A stretch of DNA of 26,365 bases from an uncultured bacterium (GCA_964644695.1 CAZXWN010000011.1:62001-88365), one strand, 5' to 3'; numbered from the stretch's first letter, positions 18,282-26,365 are shown. Numbers and translations are program-made. Notes: a model not told the origin generated them from the sequence alone.

Positions 18282-20882
18282 ATGAATCGTCCATCCATCA
18301 CGAAATTACTTGGAATTATTCTGACTCTACTGTTGCTGGCGATTCCGGCCGCCGCCATGCACAATATCCCCAAAGACTTTTTCTGTATGCAGGCGCATAC
18401 CCTTGATGGAGATACTGTCACCCATCACCGAACGGTTGATTTAATGTCTCAGGCTGGCGTAAAAATGATTCGGGATGAAATCTTCTGGTGGAATGTCGAG
18501 AAAGAAAAAGGAAAACTCATCATTCAGCCACGGACTCTCCAGAATATTGATTACACCCGAAGTAAAGGAATCGAAGTTCTCCTGATTTTAGATTATGGGA
18601 ATAAATTGTATGACCAGGGGTTATCTCCCCATACCCCCGAAGGACGGCAGGCTTTTGCAAAATATTGTTATACCGTTGTCTCAACACTTCGGGGACGGGT
18701 CAACCGTTTTGAAATTTGGAATGAACCCAATATTGACGGGTTCTGGACTCCCAAACCCAATGTCAAAGATTATGCTTTATTATTGGAAACAGCTTACAAG
18801 GCCTGTAAAGAAGCCAACCCGGATTGTATCATTATCGGGGGTGTCACTTCCGGAGTGGACCTGACTTATCTGGAAGAACTTTTCAAACTGGGTGGGATTC
18901 AGTACATGGATGTATTGTCTCTCCATCCTTACCGGCAGAATGCTCCTGAAATGGAAGAAAAAACCGTTGACCAGTTAATAAAGGCGCAGCAGCTGACCGT
19001 AAAATACAATAAACCTCTCCGGTTATGGGTCACTGAAATGGGATATCCCACCCATATCGGAGCCAACGGACATCCAGAAACCCGGCAGGCTGCTTATTTA
19101 TCCCGGTGTTATCTGGAAATCCTCTCCACGGGACTGGTCGATCATTTCTTCTGGTACTGGTTCGGGCCAGATGGAAAAGATGCCACTTACAGTGAAGACC
19201 GGTTTGGACTGGTACGGGAAAACTGGACACTTAAACCGGGATACTCCACTTACAGCAGTTTGGCACTCCAGCTGGCTGGAAGTCGATTCCTGCAGCATGA
19301 GACCAATCTGGGCGTCGGTGTTAAGGCGATGACATTCATCCCGGCCAATACAAGAGGACGGCTTACCTATTGCTGGAATACGGCTGAAGATCCGGAAAAA
19401 CCTCAATCTTCTGCCGGATTTACGGCAGTGACCTGGTCCACAAAATCAAGAGAAGTCACAGTGACAGAGGTGGGGAAATCCGAAAGAAACACCTATCAGA
19501 CCCTCAATGGACAGTTTATGGTACCCGTCAGCCAGACTCCCGTTCTGATTCAAAGCCCGCTTCCATTAGTTCCTGCCAGGACCTCATTGATTCAGTTGTC
19601 GGATACAAAATTTAACGCCGTTGCCGGATTGACCCGCAATCTGATTGTTAAACTTCACCCGGGACTGGCTCAGAAACTGACTCAAAACCTCCGGTTAGGA
19701 AATAAAATCACGATAACGACTCTCCCCCAGGATATCGTTGCCAATCCTGGCCAGATACTACTTTTAAATCCCAAAGATCCCATCTTCACGAAGGGCCGTA
19801 CTATTCAACTCCATATCCCCACCATGGATAAAATGAGTACCGGTATCGTGGATATCTCCCTTTATTCAGAAGGAAAACCTGTGGCGACAGCGAAAGTATT
19901 ACTCGAAGTCGGTCCTGCTGCCAAGGCCAGTATCCAGCCTTTTATCAATAATGATGAAAAAGGAATCCATGTCATCATTACGAATCTGACCGGGAAACCC
20001 GGGGTAGATGGTAAATCTTTGGATGGTGAAGTATTCCTGACGGTTGATGCTGATGTTCTTCTGGATAAACCAGACCAGACATTCACCAATCTTAAACCCG
20101 GAAAAGAAACCGTATTATCCTATCGATTCCTGGAAATGGGTGATTTGGAACCCGATGCCACCCTTCCTGTTGAAGCAAAAGTCTTCTTAACGGGAATGGA
20201 TATCTTCTCTGTTAATAAATCTATTAACTACATGGTTTGCCCCAAATCAACCAACCCATTAACGATTGACGGGGATCCTCAGGACTGGAATCTATCTGCC
20301 CCCATTCATCTGAACCGATTATCTCAGGTGTTCACAGGGAAATCACGATGGAAAGGTCTTCAGGACAGCCACGCCAATGTCTACCTGAACTGGGATGAAA
20401 CACATCTTTATATCCTGGCGGATGTATCGGATGATGTATTGAGTTTCAATCACGGACCCAGCCGGGAAATCTACCGGAATGATGCGGTTGAATTATTCTT
20501 TGATGGACAGGCTGATGGAAGTAAAAGTCCGGGAACCTATCAATCAGATGACAGTCAGTGGGGATTGTCGAATACCCCCAAGGGCCCAGTCGTTTGGACT
20601 TGGACTCGAGTTGATGCCCCATCAAAAGCCAGTATGATTGGGTATTCAGCAAAAACAGATACAACAAATCCAGGATATTATCTGGAAGCTGCCATCCCCT
20701 TCAGTGAATTGGGATTCAAACCTGCACCGGGGAAACTCATTGGGTTTGCCGTTAATCTTGATGATGACGATACTCCCGATTCCACAAATCCTTTTGAACA
20801 GGATAAAGTCTTGGGGTGGGTAGGTACGAAATCCAACTGGATGGACCCTTCCCAATTTGGATATCTATTCTTTACAGAATAA
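18282..20882 (+). CDS. Secreted clan GH-A glycoside hydrolase (GH39/GH5-like) with a C-terminal CBM9-like domain
   Basis: Signal peptide, acid/base motif EIWNEPN, SLHPY, nucleophile WVTEMG; C-terminal TIDGDPQDW...WDETHLYI...DAVELFFD...LEAAIPF...NLDDDD. Start set at ATG 18282 after GAAGGGAG. Confidence 0.85.
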   Translation: MNRPSITKLLGIILTLLLLAIPAAAMHNIPKDFFCMQAHTLDGDTVTHHRTVDLMSQAGVKMIRDEIFWWNVEKEKGKLIIQPRTLQNIDYTRSKGIEVLLILDYGNKLYDQGLSPHTPEGRQAFAKYCYTVVSTLRGRVNRFEIWNEPNIDGFWTPKPNVKDYALLLETAYKACKEANPDCIIIGGVTSGVDLTYLEELFKLGGIQYMDVLSLHPYRQNAPEMEEKTVDQLIKAQQLTVKYNKPLRLWVTEMGYPTHIGANGHPETRQAAYLSRCYLEILSTGLVDHFFWYWFGPDGKDATYSEDRFGLVRENWTLKPGYSTYSSLALQLAGSRFLQHETNLGVGVKAMTFIPANTRGRLTYCWNTAEDPEKPQSSAGFTAVTWSTKSREVTVTEVGKSERNTYQTLNGQFMVPVSQTPVLIQSPLPLVPARTSLIQLSDTKFNAVAGLTRNLIVKLHPGLAQKLTQNLRLGNKITITTLPQDIVANPGQILLLNPKDPIFTKGRTIQLHIPTMDKMSTGIVDISLYSEGKPVATAKVLLEVGPAAKASIQPFINNDEKGIHVIITNLTGKPGVDGKSLDGEVFLTVDADVLLDKPDQTFTNLKPGKETVLSYRFLEMGDLEPDATLPVEAKVFLTGMDIFSVNKSINYMVCPKSTNPLTIDGDPQDWNLSAPIHLNRLSQVFTGKSRWKGLQDSHANVYLNWDETHLYILADVSDDVLSFNHGPSREIYRNDAVELFFDGQADGSKSPGTYQSDDSQWGLSNTPKGPVVWTWTRVDAPSKASMIGYSAKTDTTNPGYYLEAAIPFSELGFKPAPGKLIGFAVNLDDDDTPDSTNPFEQDKVLGWVGTKSNWMDPSQFGYLFFTE

Positions 20883-20905
20883 CTAATTTCTAAAACTGGA
20901 TTCTT

Positions 20906-20940
20906 ACAGGGTGTAGTCATTTCTACACCCTGTTTTCTTT
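20906..20940 (+). terminator. Intrinsic terminator of the GH gene
   Basis: ACAGGGTGTAG-tcattt-CTACACCCTGT followed by TTTCTTT. Confidence 0.88.
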
Positions 20941-20974
20941 TATCTGTAAACTTTCTTAAAAAGAGAACTCCCCG

Positions 20975-21011
20975 AAAAACAAAACAGGACGGACACTTCT
21001 GTCCGCCCTGT
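20975..21011 (-). terminator. Intrinsic terminator of the ACT gene
   Basis: ACAGGACGGACA-cttc-TGTCCGCCCTGT with an upstream A-run (U-tail on the minus strand). Confidence 0.8.
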
Positions 21012-21029
21012 CTAATCAAAATCTGATTC

Positions 21030-21572
21030 TTATTTATTGACGGGTATCCGAACCTCAATATCCGTTCCCAGTTCATCCCCAATTCGGGCCAACTCACGGC
21101 GTAAAGCGGATAATTGCTGGATGGCAGGAGCATGGATCAAAATGTGCATCGTAAACATCGGAGTTCCAGTCACGGGGGCAGGGATAACCTCAGTCTCTAA
21201 AGACACGATGTTGATTTTTTTCTTAGAAAGATAATCCGATACCGAATGGATGATCCCTTCATGGTCGGCACCGGTCACCAGTATTTCATAGGGAACATAG
21301 CCCGTGTATTCTTCAGTAATGAAGGGGGTCGTCAGTTTGATATGGAATTCCAGGGGAATTTTTTCCAGCGCAGGCTGAAGTTTCTTTGCTTTATCTTCCG
21401 GGAGTGCAATCAATAAAATGATGGAGAATTCTCCCCCTAATCTGGCCATTCGGCTTTCTTCGACATTGGCACCCAGATCCGTTAATCCCCGGGTCAGCTG
21501 CGAAACCAATCCCACCCGATCCGGACCTGTTCCGGTGATTACATAATGCTGCATATTTGACATATTAATCAT
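21030..21572 (-). CDS. gcvR: GcvR-like tandem ACT-domain protein
   Basis: ITGTGPDRVGLV...NVEESRMARLGGEF and VTGADHEGIIHSVS...APVTGTPMF. Confidence 0.85.
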   Translation of the reverse strand: MINMSNMQHYVITGTGPDRVGLVSQLTRGLTDLGANVEESRMARLGGEFSIILLIALPEDKAKKLQPALEKIPLEFHIKLTTPFITEEYTGYVPYEILVTGADHEGIIHSVSDYLSKKKINIVSLETEVIPAPVTGTPMFTMHILIHAPAIQQLSALRRELARIGDELGTDIEVRIPVNK

Positions 21573-21649
21573 CCTGTTTACTTCTCATGTTTTTCTGATT
21601 GTCCCACGCTCCACACCCACTGTCAATCATGAAGGCACGGGATCAACTC

Positions 21650-22327
21650 TTAATCCGCTGGCTGAGAATCAAACGCCTTTTTCATAAAAACACCCAGTTT
21701 GATTTCATCTAAATCACCATGTGACCTGACGCCCGAACAAAGGTCCAAACCAAAAGGCTGGACTTGTGAAATAGCCTCTCTGACATTGTGAGGGTTCAAT
21801 CCTCCCGCCAGAAAAATAGGGACTGGGACCCGTTCCCGGATTTTCTTACTCAGACACCAGTCATGCTGACGCCCCGTACCCCCCAGTTCTTTGACTTTCA
21901 AAAAGGGATTTCCCGAATCTAACAAAATGGCATCCACAAACGGAGCCACCTCACAAGCCTTCTCGACCGATTCCTCACCCGTCACATGAATCACCTGTAC
22001 CAAAGACACTCCCGGTAATTCTTCCCGTAATACCGGATACACCTCCGGAGAAACATAATCACATAACTGCAGGGTATTGGTCCGGCATCGTTTCTGTTGC
22101 TGAATAATTTCCGCAGCGGTCATCTTACTGGTCAGCAGGAAAGTCGCTATCGTTGGCGGGATGTTTCCTGCAATCTCGGTAATATCTTCTTCACTGATTA
22201 CACCCGGACCACTCGGCATCTCGGACACTAGCCCCAGAGCCGAGGCTCCATGTCGAATTGCCATCCAGGCCTCTTCCTTACTTTTGATACAACATACTTT
22301 TATTCTTGGTTTTGAAAAGCTTTCCAT
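21650..22327 (-). CDS. trpF: Phosphoribosylanthranilate isomerase
   Basis: RIKVCCI, AILLDSG, LGGTGRQHDW, FLAGGLNPHNV and GLDLCSGVR. Confidence 0.9.
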   Translation of the reverse strand: MESFSKPRIKVCCIKSKEEAWMAIRHGASALGLVSEMPSGPGVISEEDITEIAGNIPPTIATFLLTSKMTAAEIIQQQKRCRTNTLQLCDYVSPEVYPVLREELPGVSLVQVIHVTGEESVEKACEVAPFVDAILLDSGNPFLKVKELGGTGRQHDWCLSKKIRERVPVPIFLAGGLNPHNVREAISQVQPFGLDLCSGVRSHGDLDEIKLGVFMKKAFDSQPAD

Positions 22328-22576
22328 GGTTCGTTTCCCTATCTAAAATTATATTTATCTATTATGACAGATGTGTGAATTCCATTTTAATACCTCCCTC
22401 AAAGACCCTCTTTCATTTCCATTCGACGACTCCCATTCTCGTTTCCCACCAACGAATCAGAAACGAATCACCCACGGACCACCTCCGACCAGCTCCGTGA
22501 ATTCTTCCTTTAAATCTCGTTCGGGGTATCCCTTCATTTCCCTTTATCCATTCACCTTTTTTCTGTTCATTTCCTC

Positions 22577-22640
22577 TTGACACCCCACCCACCTTTAGAT
22601 AGATTAGGTATATATTTAGATGATTATCTAAATATCTAAA
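22577..22640 (+). promoter_or_regulatory. sdpRI promoter with palindromic operator
   Basis: TTGACA-N17-TAGATT (22577-22605) followed by the perfect palindrome ATATTTAGAT-gatt-ATCTAAATAT (22612-22635). Extra TTTAGATA and TATCTAAA half-sites at 22594 and 22633. Confidence 0.75.
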
Positions 22641-22695
22641 AGTTACCTAAAGGGATGATCTGAAAGGAATACTGTCATGCAAGAGGCAGAACGAG

Positions 22696-22977
22696 ATGAC
22701 TGAACACAACAACACTTTTAAAGCTTTGGCGGACCCAATCCGCCGGGAGATAATCCGTCATCTGAAGGAACGGGAGATGACCGCGGGTGAAATCGCGGAC
22801 CTGTTCAATATCACCAAACCCAGTATTTCCCATCACCTGAATATATTGAAACAAGCGGACTTAGTGACGGACAACCGAAAAGGACAAAACATAATCTATT
22901 CACTGAATACCTCTGTATTCGAAGACATGGTCCGATTATTACTAGACCTGTTCGGAACCGAGGATAAAACAGGGTAA
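22696..22977 (+). CDS. sdpR: ArsR/SdpR-family autorepressor
   Basis: FKALADPIRREII, MTAGEIADLFNITKPSISHHLNILK and RKGQNIIYSLNTSVF; upstream of sdpI. Confidence 0.9.
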   Translation: MTEHNNTFKALADPIRREIIRHLKEREMTAGEIADLFNITKPSISHHLNILKQADLVTDNRKGQNIIYSLNTSVFEDMVRLLLDLFGTEDKTG

Positions 22978-23009
22978 GAGCAAACCTCTACCCGGAAAGT
23001 ACTACTTAA

Positions 23010-23675
23010 ATGGATGACAAATTAGAAGTTAAATCAAATAAACTGATGTTTTTCAACTGGGGACTTGTTGTTTTGAATTTTGTGGTGGGTATTTCTGTCT
23101 ATAAATACCTTCCGGCGATGGTTCCCATACATTGGAATATCCGAGGGGAAGTCGATGGATATGGGGGACCCGCCATGGGGGCCTTTGCGCTTCCGGCTGT
23201 TCACCTCTTTCTGATGGGATTGATGGTACTGTTACCCCGAATCGACCCCCGCAAAGAAAATTATCAGAAAATGACCAAACCCTACTGGATCATGATAACC
23301 AGTATGTCCCTTTTCTTTACACTCCTGTATTGGGCCACATTGGCCATTGCCTTTGGATATAAACTGGACATGGGCCAGTTGATTATGGTGGGTATGGGAA
23401 TTCTCTTTGCGGTCATGGGAAATTACTTTGGGAAACTCAAACATAACTATTTCATGGGAATTAAAACTCCCTGGACTCTTGCCAGTGAGGAAGTCTGGAA
23501 CCGAACCCACCGGATGGCGGGTCCCATGTGGGTCATCGGTGGAGTCTTAATGGTGGTTGTTGCGCTTGTCGCTGGAAAATATTGCATGCCCATTGACCTG
23601 GGAATAACATTCACCGTCGCTATCATCCCCATCATCTACTCATACTTTATTTTTCAAAAACTTAAAAACTCCTAA
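23010..23675 (+). CDS. sdpI: SdpI-family immunity membrane protein (DUF1648 + SdpI)
   Basis: LPAMVPIHWNIRGEVDGY, LPRIDPRKENY and NYFMGIKTPWTLASEEVWNRTHR; six TM segments. Confidence 0.9.
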   Translation: MDDKLEVKSNKLMFFNWGLVVLNFVVGISVYKYLPAMVPIHWNIRGEVDGYGGPAMGAFALPAVHLFLMGLMVLLPRIDPRKENYQKMTKPYWIMITSMSLFFTLLYWATLAIAFGYKLDMGQLIMVGMGILFAVMGNYFGKLKHNYFMGIKTPWTLASEEVWNRTHRMAGPMWVIGGVLMVVVALVAGKYCMPIDLGITFTVAIIPIIYSYFIFQKLKNS

Positions 23676-23688
23676 ATTCCCCCAGACA

Positions 23689-23729
23689 TAAAAAAAGAGG
23701 GCTTCATCAGCCCTCTTTTTCTTTTATTT
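23689..23729. terminator. Bidirectional terminator (sdpI and the minus-strand CARDB-like 3' end)
   Basis: AAAAAGAGGGCT-tcatc-AGCCCTCTTTTT. Confidence 0.9.
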
Positions 23730-23805
23730 ACAGCTTACTGGACAGTCAGATTCGCCTGATTATTAAACTCGTCCATCTCCAGCACCTCATTATCCGAATC
23801 GACTT
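23700..23805. repeat. Direct repeat, left copy
   Basis: 104/106 identical to 26260-26365; mismatches at 23733/26293 and 23783/26343. Confidence 0.97.
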
Positions 23806-23881
23806 TGACCACCAGTTCACTGATTTTATCCGGTAATGGGATACGGGCGGTCACTTCCTCGCCCATCAATCCGTTTTTCAT
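23735..23881 (-). pseudogene. Displaced 3' fragment of a CARDB-like (Ig-like) domain gene
   Basis: Hand translation MKNGLMGEEVTARIPLPDKISELVVKVDSDNEVLEMDEFNNQANLTVQ*; VDxxNxVxExxExNN is the CARDB C-terminal signature. Confidence 0.7.
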
Positions 23882-23938
23882 TCTTCACCCAGATACAAAT
23901 CGTCGACATCTGCCAGGAAAGCGTATTGCATGTCGCCG

Positions 23939-24883
23939 CTATAAGTCACCAAAAGGCAACAGTATGTCTTTGCAGGACTTCACTTCGCGGTCATTTATTC
24001 TATCGTCATCCTCAACTTCACCAGAGATCAAAGGTGAAAACGGATTGTGCTTTGAAAAGTTCTCCGCGACAGTCTTCTGACTATAGTTTGCATAGCAATA
24101 TCGGCAGCCATTCCTACAGGTATTGTACATCCCAATATCTATACTCGCTACACACCCACACTCGGGCCGTTGGGTTTTGTCTTTGTCTATATTCAAAGAA
24201 CAACCAAGTAATTGGCTAAAAAGTTGGCCATCAATACATCGGGCGTGATCAATCCCGAATTGCTGCAATTCCATCTTCTCAGCACAGGTATCTATTTTCA
24301 GCCCGTAGCTGTGGGCAATCTCAGCAAGGGAAGCACTTAATTGCATCTGGGCAGCCGCGGGGAAATTGAGTAATGCCAGTTCTTTGATATTATTTTTTAC
24401 ACCACGATAGTCCACATCAATAAAGCTGATGGTCACTTTACGAGTATATTTGTAAAGTTCTTCAGCGATTTTTCCAAACGCTCGGATGTGGTAGTCAAGT
24501 GGATAGCGTTCGTTTATCATTATTGGGTCATATCTCCACACGACTCGATCAGCACCTATGGCGTCAGACAATCGTTTGAATGCAGAAAGAATTTCTTCAT
24601 TCTTTGTCGGCACGTTAGGTTCAACATCTTTGCCGTATGGCGTAACTGTAAACTGGAAGTAGTACATATAATTTTTTAACTCACCGAGCCGAGCGATCAT
24701 AGGAAGAGGATTCTTCGTCCAAAACACGATGCCATCCACCACATCAGGAGATAATCGTATCCGGCTGATCTGATGAATATTCATCGGATTACGCACCAAA
24801 ACAAATCCTTCCTTGATTCGATTAAAGAACCAGTCGGAGTAATGGGTCGGTATATCCGTTCGGCGGCTTGCGCTTATTATCAT
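23939..24883 (-). CDS. DUF1848 family radical-SAM-like protein
   Basis: MIISASRRTDIP, VFWTKNP, VVWRYDPI and QRPECGCVASIDIGMYNTCRNGCRYCYAN (CxxxCxxC). ATG at 24883, or an overlapping GTG at 24889. Confidence 0.92.
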   Translation of the reverse strand: MIISASRRTDIPTHYSDWFFNRIKEGFVLVRNPMNIHQISRIRLSPDVVDGIVFWTKNPLPMIARLGELKNYMYYFQFTVTPYGKDVEPNVPTKNEEILSAFKRLSDAIGADRVVWRYDPIMINERYPLDYHIRAFGKIAEELYKYTRKVTISFIDVDYRGVKNNIKELALLNFPAAAQMQLSASLAEIAHSYGLKIDTCAEKMELQQFGIDHARCIDGQLFSQLLGCSLNIDKDKTQRPECGCVASIDIGMYNTCRNGCRYCYANYSQKTVAENFSKHNPFSPLISGEVEDDDRINDREVKSCKDILLPFGDL

Positions 24884-24885
24884 AC

Positions 24886-25794
24886 TCACGTACCACCTTT
24901 CTTAAAAAGCATCTGAGCACTCGAACAACTTTTAAAAGGGTCATACATCGCGAGCGGCGTTATATCAAAAAACAAATTGTTTTTATCAAACGCACGCCCG
25001 TACCCGTAAGTATTCGGTCGTGCATCGTTGTGAAAATGGCCGTAGTCGTATAATCCATTGTTCATACGCCTGCGAATTTGGTCAAAAAACTCTCTTCCAC
25101 CTCCATACGAGGTCGAAAGATTGATGTCGTTGAAGACGACGTATGAATTATCCAACATCCTGTTGTTTACATATTCAGAGAATGTATTAACAAATTTCAG
25201 AATTTTGCCTGAGTCAGTATTCTTTCTCATATCTGAAAAAAAATACTGAAAAACAACAAGGTCAGGTATCCATTCGCTATCAGCTATCTCGTTTATTATC
25301 TCTACTGCATCATAGTAAATGAATTTAATACCAAATCCCCTTGACTTGATTCTTTCCAGGTCCTCATGAATGTTAGTCCACACATCTTTATTGTAATCCA
25401 CCCCTCGATATTCGATTGATTGGAAAGCATAATTTCCTGATTGACGTAAGTAATCCAACGCAAGCAAATCAGTACAAGGACCACAACCAAACGAAAGCAC
25501 TTTAAGTCTGTTTAAATTTTCTACATCTCTCAACACTCGAAATGCATAAATAAGTTCAGACACATACCTGTAAGCATATCTACACACATAAAAATCAGCC
25601 ATATGTGTACAATCATACTGGCGGGGTGGCGCACCAGCGGCTACCCGGCCAGGAAAGTGAACCAACTCAAGACACTTCCCGCATTTTTTGATGTCCCTCG
25701 GGCAAAAACCAGAATAGGTGCAGTTATTACATGAATGACTTCGTTCATGCCGAAAACGTTCATCACAAGAAGAAATAAGCTTATCAATCATCAT
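24886..25794 (-). CDS. Hypothetical protein: Cys-rich N-terminus plus class I SAM-methyltransferase-like domain
   Basis: Motif I-like LKVLSFGCGPCTD, strand 2 YRGVD and DLVVFQYFFSD; N-terminal CxxC-x5-C-x6-CxxC-x4-H. Confidence 0.65.
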   Translation of the reverse strand: MMIDKLISSCDERFRHERSHSCNNCTYSGFCPRDIKKCGKCLELVHFPGRVAAGAPPRQYDCTHMADFYVCRYAYRYVSELIYAFRVLRDVENLNRLKVLSFGCGPCTDLLALDYLRQSGNYAFQSIEYRGVDYNKDVWTNIHEDLERIKSRGFGIKFIYYDAVEIINEIADSEWIPDLVVFQYFFSDMRKNTDSGKILKFVNTFSEYVNNRMLDNSYVVFNDINLSTSYGGGREFFDQIRRRMNNGLYDYGHFHNDARPNTYGYGRAFDKNNLFFDITPLAMYDPFKSCSSAQMLFKKGGT

Positions 25795-26020
25795 TGCAGC
25801 CCCTATTCATTAAAACAGAAAATATTCCTTGACCGATAGCCGGCTCACCAATATACTCCTGATGAATTTCCATCCAACGACTTGCAAATTTATCACCAGC
25901 AAATTTCAAGAATACCAAATCCATTACTGTATCCAGAGCCTCTTCGTCGCTACCCTTGTTGCGACAGTTCCACATTATTGATTCAAGCGACTGTTTTTGC
26001 ATTCCAAGCTTTTTTATCAT
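25784..26020 (-). pseudogene. hsdM: Truncated type I restriction-modification HsdM N-terminal fragment
   Basis: LESIMWNCR...VMDLVFLKFAGDKF resembles the HsdM N-domain (LW...L(I/V)FLK(Y/F)xxD.F). Only 78 aa, with no catalytic domain. Confidence 0.65.
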
Positions 26021-26259
26021 GTAAAATCCCTGCAGTATTTTTTATACAGAATTTTTCTATCATCCAATGCATCAAATAAAATCATCATCCATACAAGCAG
26101 TAAAAATACATCTAGCTTGTTAATGTTTATCAACAACAGCAAACCCTAACATATTTTCCCAATTATCCAGAACAAAAAACTCTTTCACGGAAACAAAAGC
26201 AATTCCTAAAATTGTACGTAACAATCAAATACATCCATTAAAACTGCGAAATATATGCA

Positions 26260-26365
26260 GGCTTCATCAGCCCTCTTTTTCTTTTATTTACATCTTACTG
26301 GACAGTCAGATTCGCCTGATTATTAAACTCGTCCATCTCCAGGACCTCATTATCCGAATCGACTT
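26260..26365. repeat. Direct repeat, right copy (cut off by the window end)
   Basis: 104/106 identical to 23700-23805; begins inside the terminator hairpin. Confidence 0.97.
26295..26365 (-). CDS. 3' end of a CARDB-like domain protein (5' part outside window)
   Basis: ...VDSDNEVLEMDEFNNQANLTVQ*, with a synonymous GTC/GTG difference from the left copy. Confidence 0.6.
   Translation of the reverse strand, partial: VDSDNEVLEMDEFNNQANLTVQ

Larger units (their letters stand above)
23806..26259. mobile_element. Integrase-less genomic islet bounded by direct repeats
   Basis: Flanked by the direct repeat of at least 106 bp; carries co-oriented accessory genes including an hsdM remnant; the right part is visibly AT-rich. 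The left boundary is uncertain (23806 to about 23880). Confidence 0.6.

Noticed and set aside
22371-22580. Trp attenuator or T-box upstream of trpF
   Set aside because: No tandem Trp codons, no T-box consensus and no terminator with a U-run before trpF.
23700-26365. Repeat pair as a diversity-generating retroelement TR/VR
   Set aside because: Only two mismatches (one synonymous G/C, one after the stop), not an adenine-specific pattern, and no reverse transcriptase in the window.
23700-26365. IS or transposon with a target-site duplication
   Set aside because: No transposase, no terminal inverted repeats seen, and the repeat is far longer than a typical TSD.
1-26365. CRISPR array, tRNA, rRNA or a REP-like repeat family
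   Set aside because: No regularly spaced repeats or tRNA/rRNA signatures seen. The intergenic hairpins differ in sequence and are explained as terminators.

Overview
This is a mostly monocistronic chromosomal region from a probably diderm bacterium (outer-membrane beta-barrel, CsgG-like protein and lipoproteins) that also carries a Firmicute-style asp23-amaP-DUF2273 operon. It encodes envelope and stress proteins, housekeeping enzymes (HIT, nitroreductase, acyl-CoA ligase, TrpF, ACT protein, CofE-like protein, DUF523), secreted proteins (beta-helix, triple-CAP, clan GH-A hydrolase with CBM9) and an sdpR-sdpI pair. Most genes are closed by clear intrinsic terminators. The most notable structure is at the right end: a 2560-bp-period direct repeat (23700-23805 and 26260-26365, 104/106 identical, cut off by the window edge) duplicates the 3' end of a CARDB-like gene and breaks inside its terminator. 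Between the copies lies an integrase-less islet with a type I hsdM remnant, a Cys-rich SAM-methyltransferase-like gene and a DUF1848 radical-SAM-like gene, a candidate defence or DNA-modification module. Other oddities are a C-terminal PVELxxF motif lacking the domain that normally follows it, long leaders with orphan Shine-Dalgarno sites, and a sigma4/winged-HTH protein. All family calls come from motif recognition by eye; no database searches were run.
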